64,000 nt of DNA from positions 6,572,001-6,636,000 of the forward strand of contig CM035359.1 of assembly GCA_020137815.1 (NCBI GenBank). The letters are read 5' to 3'. The notes under the pieces were generated by a model. The model ran no database searches, was not told the origin of the DNA, and saw only the letters and a program-made list of their open reading frames with translations. This DNA is from Hormiphora californensis. Its lineage: Eukaryota > Animalia > Ctenophora. How positions within the stretch are numbered: position 1 is the first letter of the stretch; every line of letters starts with the position of its first letter. Shown piece after piece: positions 1 through 11,626 of the stretch. Made by a program: the position numbers and the translations under genes.

Positions 1-3000
1 TGATGGAAAACCCACCGCTGAACCGACTGATCAGGAAAATTGTAAATTCTTCGTCCAGTTCGGAAGATGCAGACATGGCACTAACGGAAAGAGGAGAATT
101 AGAGGTAAGATCTGTCTCTACAAACACCCGAAAATCTGCAACAAGTTTAGAAGGGGTGGGTATGGAAAAAATGGTTGCAATGCAGGCTCAAAATGCGAGA
201 ACCTTCACCCGAAATTATGCAGAGGATCTACCTCGCCTGATAAAACATGCCCAAACCCTACTGGTTGCAAATTCTTCCACATCTCTGGGACCCGCTTCAC
301 TCCAAAAGTGCCACCGGGAGAAAATAAGCGAGAGGAAATTCAACATAACGCAACCAAAACTGGTTATACTGCTGGCAAAGCCCCGACATACGCAGATACT
401 ACTTCCTCTGCAGCGCAGGAAAACCAGGACTCGCAGCAGGATTTTTACAAAACCCTGGTCAAGGAAATGAGACAAGGTTTCCTGGACCAGGCCCAGAGTA
501 TCCAACTTCTCGCCAGATCCCTGTCAATGGTAGGACTTCAAGGCTCACCTGGACCCGGGATAAACATGGACCCACTAAAGCTACCACTGGGAATGGGCAT
601 GACACAAGGGTTACTCCACCCTTCTCAAAGATCTTTCTAATCAATTGTAGATCAATTTCCCCAGCTGCAGGCGGTGAAACAAAATGGAAGCTACCTTACA
701 TCCGTGAGATGTTTATGTCCCCTTCCCCAGGGGAACCACCCACCGTCGCAGTTGGAATAACAGAAACTTGGCTGAAATCGTAATTCCAAAGCTCAAAATT
801 CTGTCCTGGGGTTTTAACTTTGTCAGATCAATAGGAAAATAAAGTGGGTGGAGGTTGCTTCTTTATTTAAAAAAGTTGACATTCAAAAGTCATCATGGAT
901 GACAAACCAAAAGAGTGTACGTGGCATAGCGGAAAGAAAATCTATTATGGCCCGCCTTTTCCGACCCCCCATGCAGCACCCACTCCTTTTCTGATGCGTG
1001 AATCATTCAAAAGGGAAATTGACTATCACTGAAGGAAAAAGCAAGTACCCCCGGGTCACTTTATGGGTGATTTTTAACCTCCCTAACTGGACTGGGAAAA
1101 GAGCGATTTCTGAATCAACTGGGAAAAGGGTTTAAGGACCTTACCCCCAAAAAATTGGACCTGATAAACGAAAATTTTTTTTTCCCGATGACGATAATCA
1201 ACCAGGGGAGAAAAATTCTTGATATTTTGTTAAAACCCAAAACTCCGGGTATTTCACTCGAGTGATAACCTCCGAAACCAAATATGGACCACAAAATTGT
1301 AGAATGTGAATTTTCTACACCGTACAACCAAAAATGCAAGTGAAGAAGAAACAGACCCTTTTTTTTGACGATACGGATTCCCCCGATCTGTTACTTTTCC
1401 CAATGAAAACCAGGGTTTTTGATATTGACGGGACAAACCGAAAAGAGTTTATTGAAGCAGGAGAACAACTGGGAAAAAATTTAAAATGGTGTATTCAGGT
1501 ATACTGGGAAATTTCAAGGAAAACCCACTCTAAGAAAAAATTTTGTAAGGCGACCGAGACAAAGATCACGGAGAAGTTCAGAAGAAGAGCAAGAAAAATT
1601 AGAAAACGCCTACAGAATGATGACGAGGAGATGAGCTTTAGACAGAGGGTTTTTACGGTTAGGAGCTTGTCAATTGAGGAAAAAATGAAAAAAAACATGA
1701 TAGAAAAATCAAGCCAACGGGGAAGCTAAAGCAGTGGGTGCTATCAAGGAAATCCTCGCACTTCTTTTCTTTCGCTAAAAAGCTATCAAAAACAAAACAC
1801 CATAGCACCTCTCGGGAAAAAAAGGTTTAACACAACGCGGAGTGGTGAAAAAGGGACAAATACTACAAAAAACTTCACGAGTTTTTTTGAACCCGAAAAT
1901 GCGAAATGGAACCAGCCAGGCATAATAAACCCTGATACGAGCTCTACCTTGAGGACTTTTATTCACACCCGAAAGTGAAAAAAGCACTTGGCGAAATAAA
2001 CCCGTATGGGCTGCTCCTGATGGGGACAACCGCTAGGATTTTACACGGTGAGACCAGTTTTTCCATCCCCCTTTGGCTACATGGAGGCGGTCCCCTTGAT
2101 GGAGGAACTATCCCTGCAACCAAAAAAAATCAAATATAGTACCCCTTTTAAAAAAAGGGGCGGACGAATCCGCAAACACCGCCCCCTTTTCTCTCACATC
2201 AAAAAAATCAAAAACCCTTTGAAAGAGTGATGAGAAACCAGTAGTGCAATTTTGGAAACACAAGTCTTCCTGAAACTCAAAATGGGCCGGAAGAAGAAAT
2301 TGCTTAAAACCCAAAATGATTGAACAGTTGCGCCATCATTGAGGAACTCCAAAAAGGTAACGGGTAGAAATTTTCCTATCCTTGATTATTCCAAGGGTTT
2401 TTTTCGGGTGATAAAACTTTCTTCTGCAAAATTTAGGCTTTTCGGAGCGGAAAAGTAAAAAACGGAAAAAATTTTTTTTTTCACCCGTTTAAACTTAGGG
2501 GAGAAAAAACCCTGGGAAAAAGTGCGAGGGTCCCCCAAAGGAAAAATCTTTCCCGATTTTCATTTTGTGGGGATTAAAGTCTCAAAATTTTCACCCAAAA
2601 TTGGGATTAAAAAACGAAAAAATCGTCAGAAAAATCTCACCAAAATTGGGGAAAATCTTCGGGTGGGGCTGGCAAAAATCAATAACCTCAAAAAAATTGA
2701 GGTTTTTACCATTATGGGTTTTAAAACCCCCTCCTAAACCCCCGTTTTCCCTTTGTTAGGATTTAGACCCATAAACCGGGGTCTGAATTTAAACCCCCCT
2801 TTTCGGTCTGGGCATTTTCCCTTTTATTGGGGAACAAGGGAAAAAGGGGGGGAAACAAAAAAAAAAAAGTGGAGGGCATGCTGCACAAAAAAAAAAAAAT
2901 TATTTTATAAAAGCCATACGGGTAAACTAATTTTGACCTGGGGTCACAAAAAATTAAATCCAAAATTGAAATTTCCCAAAAGAAAGGTTCCTAAAAACCC

Positions 3001-3600
3001 CAGGCTAAAAGGGGTTTACCCACTGGGAGGGTGGAAAACCCGGGGAAAATTTTAGGGTTTAGGTCGGAAGGTATTTTAAATCCCTTAAAAATTGAAAGGA
3101 AGATGGGGGGGAAATAAAATCAAAACCATTCTAAATCAAATTTTTCAAATTTGGGAATTTCCCACCCAGATGAAGCCCGAATGAACTTTAAAAAAAAATA
3201 AATTTTCGCTGGACGGGCAACAAGGGTTGAACACTTGGCCCCAAAGAGGGAAATTTAGCAAAAAAAGGAGAGAATTTTCAAGGTTCTTTTGGGATGGATA
3301 AGCCCCCTTTTTTTTCCTGATAGACCCCTCTCCCGCCTCAAAAAAAAATTTGGTTTCCCGTTTTTTGTTGGGGGGATGTTCAAAACGAACCTTAATGTTG
3401 ATTATGAAGTTTTTCAAATTTTTCAAAGTACAAACGAAGAGCAACCCTTTTCCCAAAAAAAAGAAATTGAAAAAATCGGGGTTTTTTTTTTTAAAAACTG
3501 CGGGCCCCAAAAAAACCGTTTTTATTTACGGGTTAAAACCCCCGGGTTTGAATTTCAAAAAAATTAAATTCTTTTTTTTTGAGTAAAAACCACCAAATTT
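1..3600 (+). mobile_element. CR1/L2-group non-LTR retrotransposon, 5' end outside the window. ORF1 has tandem CCCH zinc fingers; ORF2 (APE endonuclease + RT) is heavily frameshifted.
   Basis: Manual translation: ORF1 NCKFFVQFGRCRHG..CLYKHPKICNKF..C..C..HPKLC..C..CKFFH (40-290). APE motifs GITETWLKS (~755-780), MGDFNLP-like (~1063-1085) and DHKIVE (~1287). RT remnants AAPDG (~2010), LDxSK (~2380) and a PQG-like motif (~2530). The 3' boundary is approximate because sequence quality is poor. Confidence 0.8.
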
Positions 3601-3711
3601 TTCGTTTTTTTACCATTATTGTTCAGTGTTTTTGTATTATATTCCCTTTTTTGGCCGCAAAAAAATTTGGGTTTGGTGAGTTGAAAAAGGGTTTTTTTGG
3701 GGTTTTCAAAG

Positions 3712-3751
3712 TGGGGTTAGGGTTAGGGCTGGGGTTTGGGTTGGGGTTAGG
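3712..3751 (+). repeat. Short degenerate interstitial (TTAGGG)n-like array
   Basis: ggggttagggttagggctggggtttgggttggggttagg; a similar (CCCTAA)n run lies at 30446-30495. Confidence 0.6.
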
Positions 3752-5328
3752 CCTTGACATTTCCTAATCCTACCAGATAAGCTTTGAATTAGCCAAAACG
3801 GTTGAGTGGTTAAGCGGTTAGAGCCATTTAGTAAACAAACTTTTTTGGCAGCGCGCACCTGTAAACAGGCCACCAAACACCCAGATCGTAACGGCGACCT
3901 TAGGTTACCACTTACCATCCAGAATTTAGTGAAAGAGCTTCTTCGTGGTTCCATTTTCAGAGTTACAATATTCAAATTCCGACTCTCGACGACGGATGTC
4001 GGAACGCGGCACTCGGCATGCCAAATTCCTGTGTCCAAACTACAAAACAGAAAGTTCTAATTTTTTGAACATACCGAGGAAATTGTCTGAGCTACCATTA
4101 CATACCAGAATTTTTCGATATTTTGGCCATAAACACTGTTTTTGTGTTTGGAAAACTATGAAGATGCTGGAATTTGGCTACAAAAAGCTTCAGGAATGTG
4201 CAAAATGCCATTCCAAATGTATTAGAGGTGGATTCATTCATAACTAAGCTATAGTCTAGTCAGAATAAATTCCACAAGATTGGAATTTCATGACCATATA
4301 TGGAGGTATGTGATACACCTTTGTTGTTAAACATGTGGTGGAATCGCTACCGGTCGCTACTTTCTGTAGAATGCGGGTCCTGGTTACTATACAAACTAGT
4401 ACCATACGTTTTAGATAGGTTTTAGACAAGTTTTCGATAACTTTTCATGAGAAGGTCCTGTAAATTTTCATTTTTAGGTAGGCGGTATTGTAACCCCTAT
4501 ATGCAATAATAGGGGTGACTTCGTAACCAAGGTGCTGATATCCCTTTCAATAACGTTCAGCCACGGTCCTTCCGGTACAGATTTCTCTGCAGCATAGCCA
4601 GACGCCACCCCACAACTTACGCACTCGTGTTGCTTTCGTGTCTCTCAAGAGAGCCCCTACCAATCATAGCTTGGTGGACTAGACGACATGCGCTAGACCA
4701 GGATCGAACCCTGGGCAGGTCGGTAGAACTTCGACAGGGCAGGTAGCCTCGTTATTTTCATGAAGGAAGTTCCCAAAAACATGCACGAAGGTGCTCAATT
4801 TCCGTCATAAATGGCTACAGTTACTATGCGCTCACGTAACGTTACACGTATTTTGATAACGCTCGATTTGTGTGTATTTCAAATCCGAGATTTCTAAACC
4901 CTGTATGATATTTTTAGCACACGTACTAAAACAATCATCCGGATGGAGGCCTTCAGTATCCACCCGGGCAGGGTAAATAGCACGGGCTGCTGTATACACT
5001 ACTATACAGCGTATAACCTCCAGATACCATGATGCCATGACGGTTCCGGCTGCTCTGTTGGTACCACCACATTTCCTTGCGAATTGAAATTAGAATTTGA
5101 TGAAAAACTGAATTACTCACAACAATACATTCGCATACAATAACAATGATTATAAAGGATAAAACATCAAAATCACACACGCACGTACGCCTATTTCACT
5201 GTTAGGTATATTTCAACATTATATCAACATATGAAGACCCTAGTGAGTCCGATAATTAATTCAAATGTTTTAGTACATAATTAGATAGGGTCCAAAGTAA
5301 CCACAGACAGAGTTTGATATTCCTCGAT

Positions 5329-8300
5329 TTATAGACTAGTTTCCGCCACTTCTTCTCTAGCTACTGGTGCTGCAGTCTGCTGCAGGGTGGGACAGATTAG
5401 CCACATTCTCCTCACAGAACCCACCAAGAACGAGATGGTCGACTTAGCAAGACCCATGTAGAAGTTTGACTCGTAGAGGAGGGGGTTGATGACAGAATTT
5501 ATCGGCAGAATCAGGATGGAGAAATAAGGATACCAACTGGTGGCATCGATTACTTCTCCTAGATGTAGGAAAGCTACCACTCCCAGAGGGATCCAGCAGA
5601 AGAAATCTGTTACAATTATGGCAAATACTTTCGCGTTAAGCTCTCGATTGTCTCCACCGAAACGGCCGGTTTTCCTACTTGACCGGTTCGTTCTGTAGCC
5701 AATGAGAATGTAACTTATCGCAATGAATAGGAAACATAGACAATTTGTCGTTAGAACAGCGGTTGAAAAGCCCCACTGTGGATCATCTGTCTTTACCAAG
5801 TACTTGAAGATGCAAACACCAGCGTTCCCATAAAAATCCACCTTTTCTCCTCTTATTTCTGAAATTAAGCAGCATATTAAACGAGTTTATAGATATTAAA
5901 AGTATGATTGGATCTGTAACTGGACCATTATGGCTAGGGGCTTAGGGGCTTAAATGGAACAATTCGGATATTTACCTTTAGGGTTTCTTGAGAAAATTTC
6001 AGCCACAGCCAATCGTATCTCTCCCCAGGATGATTCACCATTCCAAGAACTGGAGTTTTCGCCGAAATAAACTTTAAAAGCTTTAAAATGCCGCAGCTTG
6101 TCAACAGTTCCCAAAAATAGCGGCGAGTCCTTATAGTACAGGCCGTTAACAAAGTAGTCTTCAAAAATCGGTAGAACTGGACTTACTGCAACCATCAGAC
6201 TTGCGAGTATTGGGCCTCCTGCGAGGATTCCTAATTTTACTGCAGATTTGTAGGTTTGACAGTCTTGAAGGACCATTTTTCCCACTGTGGTGACTCTACT
6301 TATTGCCAACATTGTCATTGCGAAGAGTGACAGTTGAGAACCAGTGGTGCTGAGAACCCCAAGAAAGGAACACTCCGTAGAACTGTACCATTCGTAGCGT
6401 TTCTGACAATAGTCTCCTGAGACCTTGTGGATCTGGTCAAAGTAGGATACTGCAATGAGATAAAGTCCTAAGCACAAGTCTCCGAGGTTGATCATCATTA
6501 TGCCAAGTTGGTTCAGGAACATTTCATATGTTTCTTGGTGGGTTAGTTTCGAGCCTGACCTCACAAGAGAAACCGTGTTAAGCAATGTCGACACGGTTCC
6601 CACGATGTAGCTGCCTATCCTCAGATGGTTGTTTTCGAAGATGTTAAAATGGCTTGGTGGGCATTCAGGCTGGCACTCATCAGAGTAATCTCCACAACTT
6701 ACCACTCCATTGCACATTTGACGCAAGTCCAGATAAGTATCACTTGAGTTACACTTGAAATTGTTTTTACAGTTTATCTCGTCAGAACCATCCCCACAGT
6801 CGTCTTTAAGGTCGCACACTTGTTGATATTGCACACACCTTTTGTTGGAACAGGGGAAAATTTGTTGGTCATACCATGTACTGTTTTCGATTTTCAGCAA
6901 AGTTGTAACTGTGTTATCCCATGTGAGGGCCCGGACGCTGTCGCTACGGTTTACGCAAGTGTCTCCAGGTACATCGATCAGTGGGCAGTCAGCATCCAGA
7001 CAAACGTTGTTGCATGCGGCGTAGACATAGTTCTCTCCGAACAGATTTAGACAGCTTATATTCTCTTTGGGCAGGATAACCATTGTAGGCTTTGTTACAT
7101 TAAGAACTGTTGGTACGAATCCGGATTTGTGTTCTCTGATCGAGCAGTTTCTCAATTGGTATGTCTCGTTTCCTTTGGAGAGGCAATGTGGCAGCATTTT
7201 CAGTCCGTTGTATTTAGGAGAGGTGTTATTAACATCTTCCATTCCCAAATCGATGACAGCAGCACAGAGATTATTCTCAAAGAGGCAGGTTGGAATCTTG
7301 TCACATAATTCCGAAAGTCGTATGGATTTACTTTCTGACGGGCACAAAAGAGCCGATTCACAGTCTGACTTGGGATCTTCGAAGTAGGTAAAATAGTCCG
7401 AGCCACACTTTTTCCACTGCGATTCATCTTCATCCGTTCCATCGATACAGTCCTTCTCCTTATCCATTACCCATCCTAACGGTATTGGTAGAGAGATATT
7501 CTTTTCCACGTGCTCTGACTGGAATCTTCTAACACATTTAATGCTAGTTTTACTACAACTTTCATCTTTCGCCGATTTACAATCAACATGGCCATCACAC
7601 TTTTGTCCCTTGTGGATTTTACAGTCCGGTCCAAGTTCTAAGCACTTATTATTGTAATCATCATCACAGAGTTGGTAGCCCTTGCAGTATCCCCAGATGG
7701 AAATGTTTGTTGGGTATCCCTCTGACATACACTGAACTGCGACTCTATCAGGATCACTGCAGTTGGTCTGATCCTGCCCATTTTTACACAGTGTATACTG
7801 TGGCTGGAAGCACCGCATACTTTGCTGTATCTTGATACGTTGTCTAGTCCCCCAATTATGAATACATGTGGTATGGTCAGCAGTGGTCCAATTGTAGCAC
7901 CCAACTTCATCTTCTCCATTGGGACAATCATACATACCATCACACATCCAGTAGGAGGTACCCACTTGTCCCCACACAGTACACCATACTGCACACCGTT
8001 ACAGTACCTCTCATCCTCACCAAGCCAAGTGTCAGGTACTCCATCACAAACCGTGTCATTGCTGTTGCAGTTAACCAAGTTCAAGTCTCCATCACACCGC
8101 TGGAAAACATCATATCTCTCACAGTGAGCATGTAATTCAACTGAGCTTCCAGCCAGGTAATAGTATCTATCTTGATATTCCAGTCTACACATGTACCTTC
8201 CACATAGGAGAGTTGTCCCATTCAGCTCCGTGGACCCTGAACATCCATCGTGCCCACATGCCTGGTACGTTCCCGGGTCATGTTGACACCGGCTTGTTAC

Positions 8301-8588
8301 CCTAAAGTAATAACAACTACCAATTAGGGAATATTTCACGGTGTAAAGTTCATCTGACCGGGGGCACTTGAATTTCCATTCCCCGTTTTCTTCGCACTGT
8401 TCGTGTAGGTAGCCATAAACTTCAAAAGCTGTACAGTTGGGCGTAGGATTGCTCGTTGAGTCTTCAGCTGCAGATCTGTTGTTGGCAGTTTGTGCAGTGG
8501 TTGGTTTAACTTCATTGATTTGTTCAGGCGATGTGATAGATGCCAACGAGAGTGCAAGTGTTATAGCACACACCAGTACCAGCTTCAT
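5329..8588 (-). CDS. LDL-receptor class A repeat GPCR (GRL101/RXFP-like 7TM, no LRR region), about 1047 aa. Exons 8588-5976 and 5858-5329, with a 1-nt frameshift near 7955.
   Basis: Signal peptide MKLVLVCAITLALSLAS. About 7 LDLa-like modules (e.g. CDGMYDCPNGEDE, CDGHVDCKSAKDE, CDLKDDCGDGSDE). 7TM motifs: INLGDLCLGLYL (TM2), CSFLGVLST (TM3), TDFFCWIP (TM6), LPINSVINPLLY (TM7). GT-AG phase-1 intron 5975-5859 joins NPK-E-IRGEKVDFYGNAGVC in frame. ORFs 7638..8588 and 5950..7977 join if one base is added at GTA CCT CC^TAC TGG. Confidence 0.9.
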
Positions 8589-9248
8589 CTGCTCTACTAG
8601 AATGGAAAAGATGCAGTGTTGCTAATATAATAATTTATGAGAACACGCTATTATCGAGAGCTAGTTGAGCAGGGACAGTTTATCAACAAATTATTATGAC
8701 ATATGACGAACTTTTTAATAACTAATTTTTGCTGATAATAAACTATAGTTTGTACGCCCACTATACAGTAATGGTTTGTACATAATATAATCAATAAACA
8801 CGGCTCATATACTTATATTACTACCCGAATTGGAGGAAGATAACGTAAGAGAAGAAGGGACTAAAAAATGGCGCTGCCCCCTCCCCCTCGCTCTCTCTCT
8901 AGCTCTCCCCGATCTTATTCAGCAAATCAGCGACACGCTGCCGGCTGCCCCTTCCTACTCGGCACAAGTATTTCTACTGCAAGATTTTCACGGTAGGAAC
9001 ATATCTCTCAAAAGCCCCATTCGATGGAAGAAAATAATGATTTCACCAACTAAACTAATCTTTGAGTAAAGATAAACCCGAGCAAAAATAGACAATTTAG
9101 CACTCGCTTGATCTTTGCGGTTTTTCCACAGACTTCATACGATTATTAAATCTTGTATTACTTTGTAATCAGCTCCAGAATCTTGATCCTGTCGAGCGCT
9201 TTACCAGAAATCCCTTTACAAGCAAAGACTTCATACATATATTTAAAA

Positions 9249-9358
9249 AAATTAAGTCCAAAAACCAATTAAATAAATTAGTTTGGAATGCCCGGGCCCA
9301 TGTGGTGTCACGGGGGTAACACCTTTAGGCTACTGCCATAATTAACGGCATTATCCTT

Positions 9359-9415
<57 letters not shown>

Positions 9416-9419
9416 ACTC

Positions 9420-9469
<50 letters not shown>

Positions 9470-9483
9470 CTCCTCTCTCACTC

Positions 9484-9567
<84 letters not shown>

Positions 9568-10866
9568 ACTGTTTCTTTCACTATATCCCTCTTTTTTTCT
9601 CTCCTCTTATTTATCTCTCCGTCTTTCTTGATTATATCTCACTCTTTCTATCCTAATTTCCTTTGCCTTTTTCTCTCTCGATATCCATCATTTATGATAG
9701 TAGCCTAAAGGTGTTACCCCCGTGACACCACATGGGCCCGGGCATTCCAAACTAATTTATTTAATTGGTTTTTGGACTTAATTTATGTTCTTTTTGGTGT
9801 TGAATAGAAAAAGCTATTTTTTCTGATTTCTGCATATTTTCGAACTTGAATAGTTCATAAATATGCGAATAACGACTAAACGGTGAGAGATACGACTTTT
9901 TGTCAGGGGGACGACCCCCCATAAATCGACTATTTTGCGTCGAAATATGTCCATGAAAACGTTTTAGGATCAGCAGAACTGGAAATATTCAGAATATGCA
10001 TTAAATCATGAATCGGTGCATAAATATGCAAATAACGGCTTAACGGTGCGAGATACGACTTTTTGTCCGGGGGACGACCCCCCATAAATCGACTATTTTG
10101 CGTCGAAATATGTCCATGAAAACGTTCTAGGACCAGCCGAAGTGAAAATATTGAAAATATGCATAAAATCGTGAATAGGTGCATAAATATGCAAATAACG
10201 GCTTAACGGTGCGAGATAGAGATTTTTGTCCCGAGTAAGACCCCCCATAAATCGACCATTCCGCGTCGAATAAGACCGGTTTCAAGATTATATGACCTTC
10301 GAGTCATATCGCGACCATGGTTTAAATGAATATTTAATGACTAATTAATGAATAATTAATGAACTATGGCGATTTCGAATTTCTCACACAGCTATTACCG
10401 AGCGCAATGATGTAAGGAACCACTGTTCCAAACGGCAAGTCTCTACTATTTGTGGTTTAGGAGAACACTCAAAGATAAAAAAGCGTCCTCCCCCCCCCTC
10501 CCCCTCCTTACATTTTTGCATTTTGGGACCCCTCTGGCAAATTTTTACCTTACATCCCATCGTTCTGAAAATTTGTATGCCTCTTCTCCTATATGAGGGC
10601 CCTCAGAGTACAAAATTTCAGCTCTCTACTTCATCTGGAACATGCTTTTTTAAAGCATCAAAAACCCCGAAATCTGCAATGGTATATAGTAGCACTGGCA
10701 GGTTTTCACGCGCTTGTGTGTAGAAGTGTTGCGTGTGCTCTCTCTTTTGTTTTTTGAGTTAGAGGGTATTTCTAAGGTGGGGGCTCTGCCCCCACACCCC
10801 CGTTTATGGTGGGGGCTGTGCCCCCAGACCCCCCTTTTGGGCCCGGGGCACTTGCCAGTGCTATGA
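9249..10866. mobile_element. Non-autonomous composite repeat 'C', copy 1: 86-bp inverted arms around (CT)n, 163-bp tandem units, GC hairpins at the right end (Helentron/HINE-like organisation)
   Basis: Arms 9249-9334 and 9699-9784 are reverse complements. Unit starts fall at 9863, 10026 and 10189. A near-identical second copy spans about 14005-16424, both ending in gccagtgctatga. Confidence 0.75.
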
Positions 10867-10898
10867 AGGTAATATTGAAATATTTTGGTCGGCACTCG

Positions 10899-10975
10899 GC
10901 AGGGTGGTGTAGTGGCCAGTACACTCGCCTCCCATGCATTAGGTCCAGGGTTTTCCAGGTCGGTAGAACTTCGAC
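10899..10975 (+). mobile_element. tRNA-Gly(CCC)-derived SINE head or tRNA pseudogene
   Basis: gcagggtggtgtagtggccagtacactcgcctcccatgc resembles a tRNA-Gly 5' half (A box, CTCGC-CTCCCA anticodon arm), but the T arm is decayed. The following caggtcggtagaacttcgac also occurs at ~4716-4735, behind a B-box-like ccaggatcgaaccctgg. Confidence 0.55.
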
Positions 10976-11626
10976 TGAATTTAGGGCATGTCTGAATTTA
11001 GGGCAGGTCTGAATTTAGGGTAGGTCTGAATTTAGAGCAGGTCTGAATTTAGGGCAGGTCAATTTAGGGCAGGTCTGAATACTAAGCATGTGAATGTGAT
11101 TCGGGGTCCGGGGGAGCTTATTAGCGGTGTGAGACGATACGAGATATGTAGAACATGATTCGGGGAAGCCAATCAGGAGAGAGATGAGATACGATTCGGG
11201 GAAAGTTTCTATCGCTTTCCATCCCTATAATATACGCTATCACCACTCAGAAAGCTTTCAGTGTATGTGGCTCTAAGCTTCGGAACAATGTACCCAAAAG
11301 CCTAAAAGAAGTATCATTCTAACGGGGGGTACGTCACCTTTTTTTTTGCCCATCTGCCCACATTATTCTTAAATTTTGAATTTGCCCACATGGGCAAAAG
11401 TGGGCAAAAGTGGGCAAAAGTAGGCAAAAGTAGGCAAAAGTAGGCAAAAAATTTAAATCCATAAAAAATATATGCTATCAACCAGGTAATCGTCTGTGAC
11501 AAAGGTTTTTCACCACCAATGTCCTCCTAGAGGTCCCCCCTATCGATTCCAACCGATAATTTATTTGCTCAGGGTTGATAAGGCTCCATATCCAACTGGG
11601 AAAATGGGCAAAATATGTTGGCAAAA

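Noticed and set aside
2048-3586. K/F/G/P-rich ORFs (also 11902-12872, 44881-45182, 50908-52417)
   Set aside because: Products of homopolymer-inflated, low-quality sequence.
3712-3751. True telomere or chromosome-fusion site
   Set aside because: Only a few degenerate units, embedded in repeat sequence like the run at 30446-30495.
10899-10975. Functional tRNA-Gly gene
   Set aside because: The T arm/B box and acceptor-stem pairing are missing; kept only as a SINE head or pseudogene.
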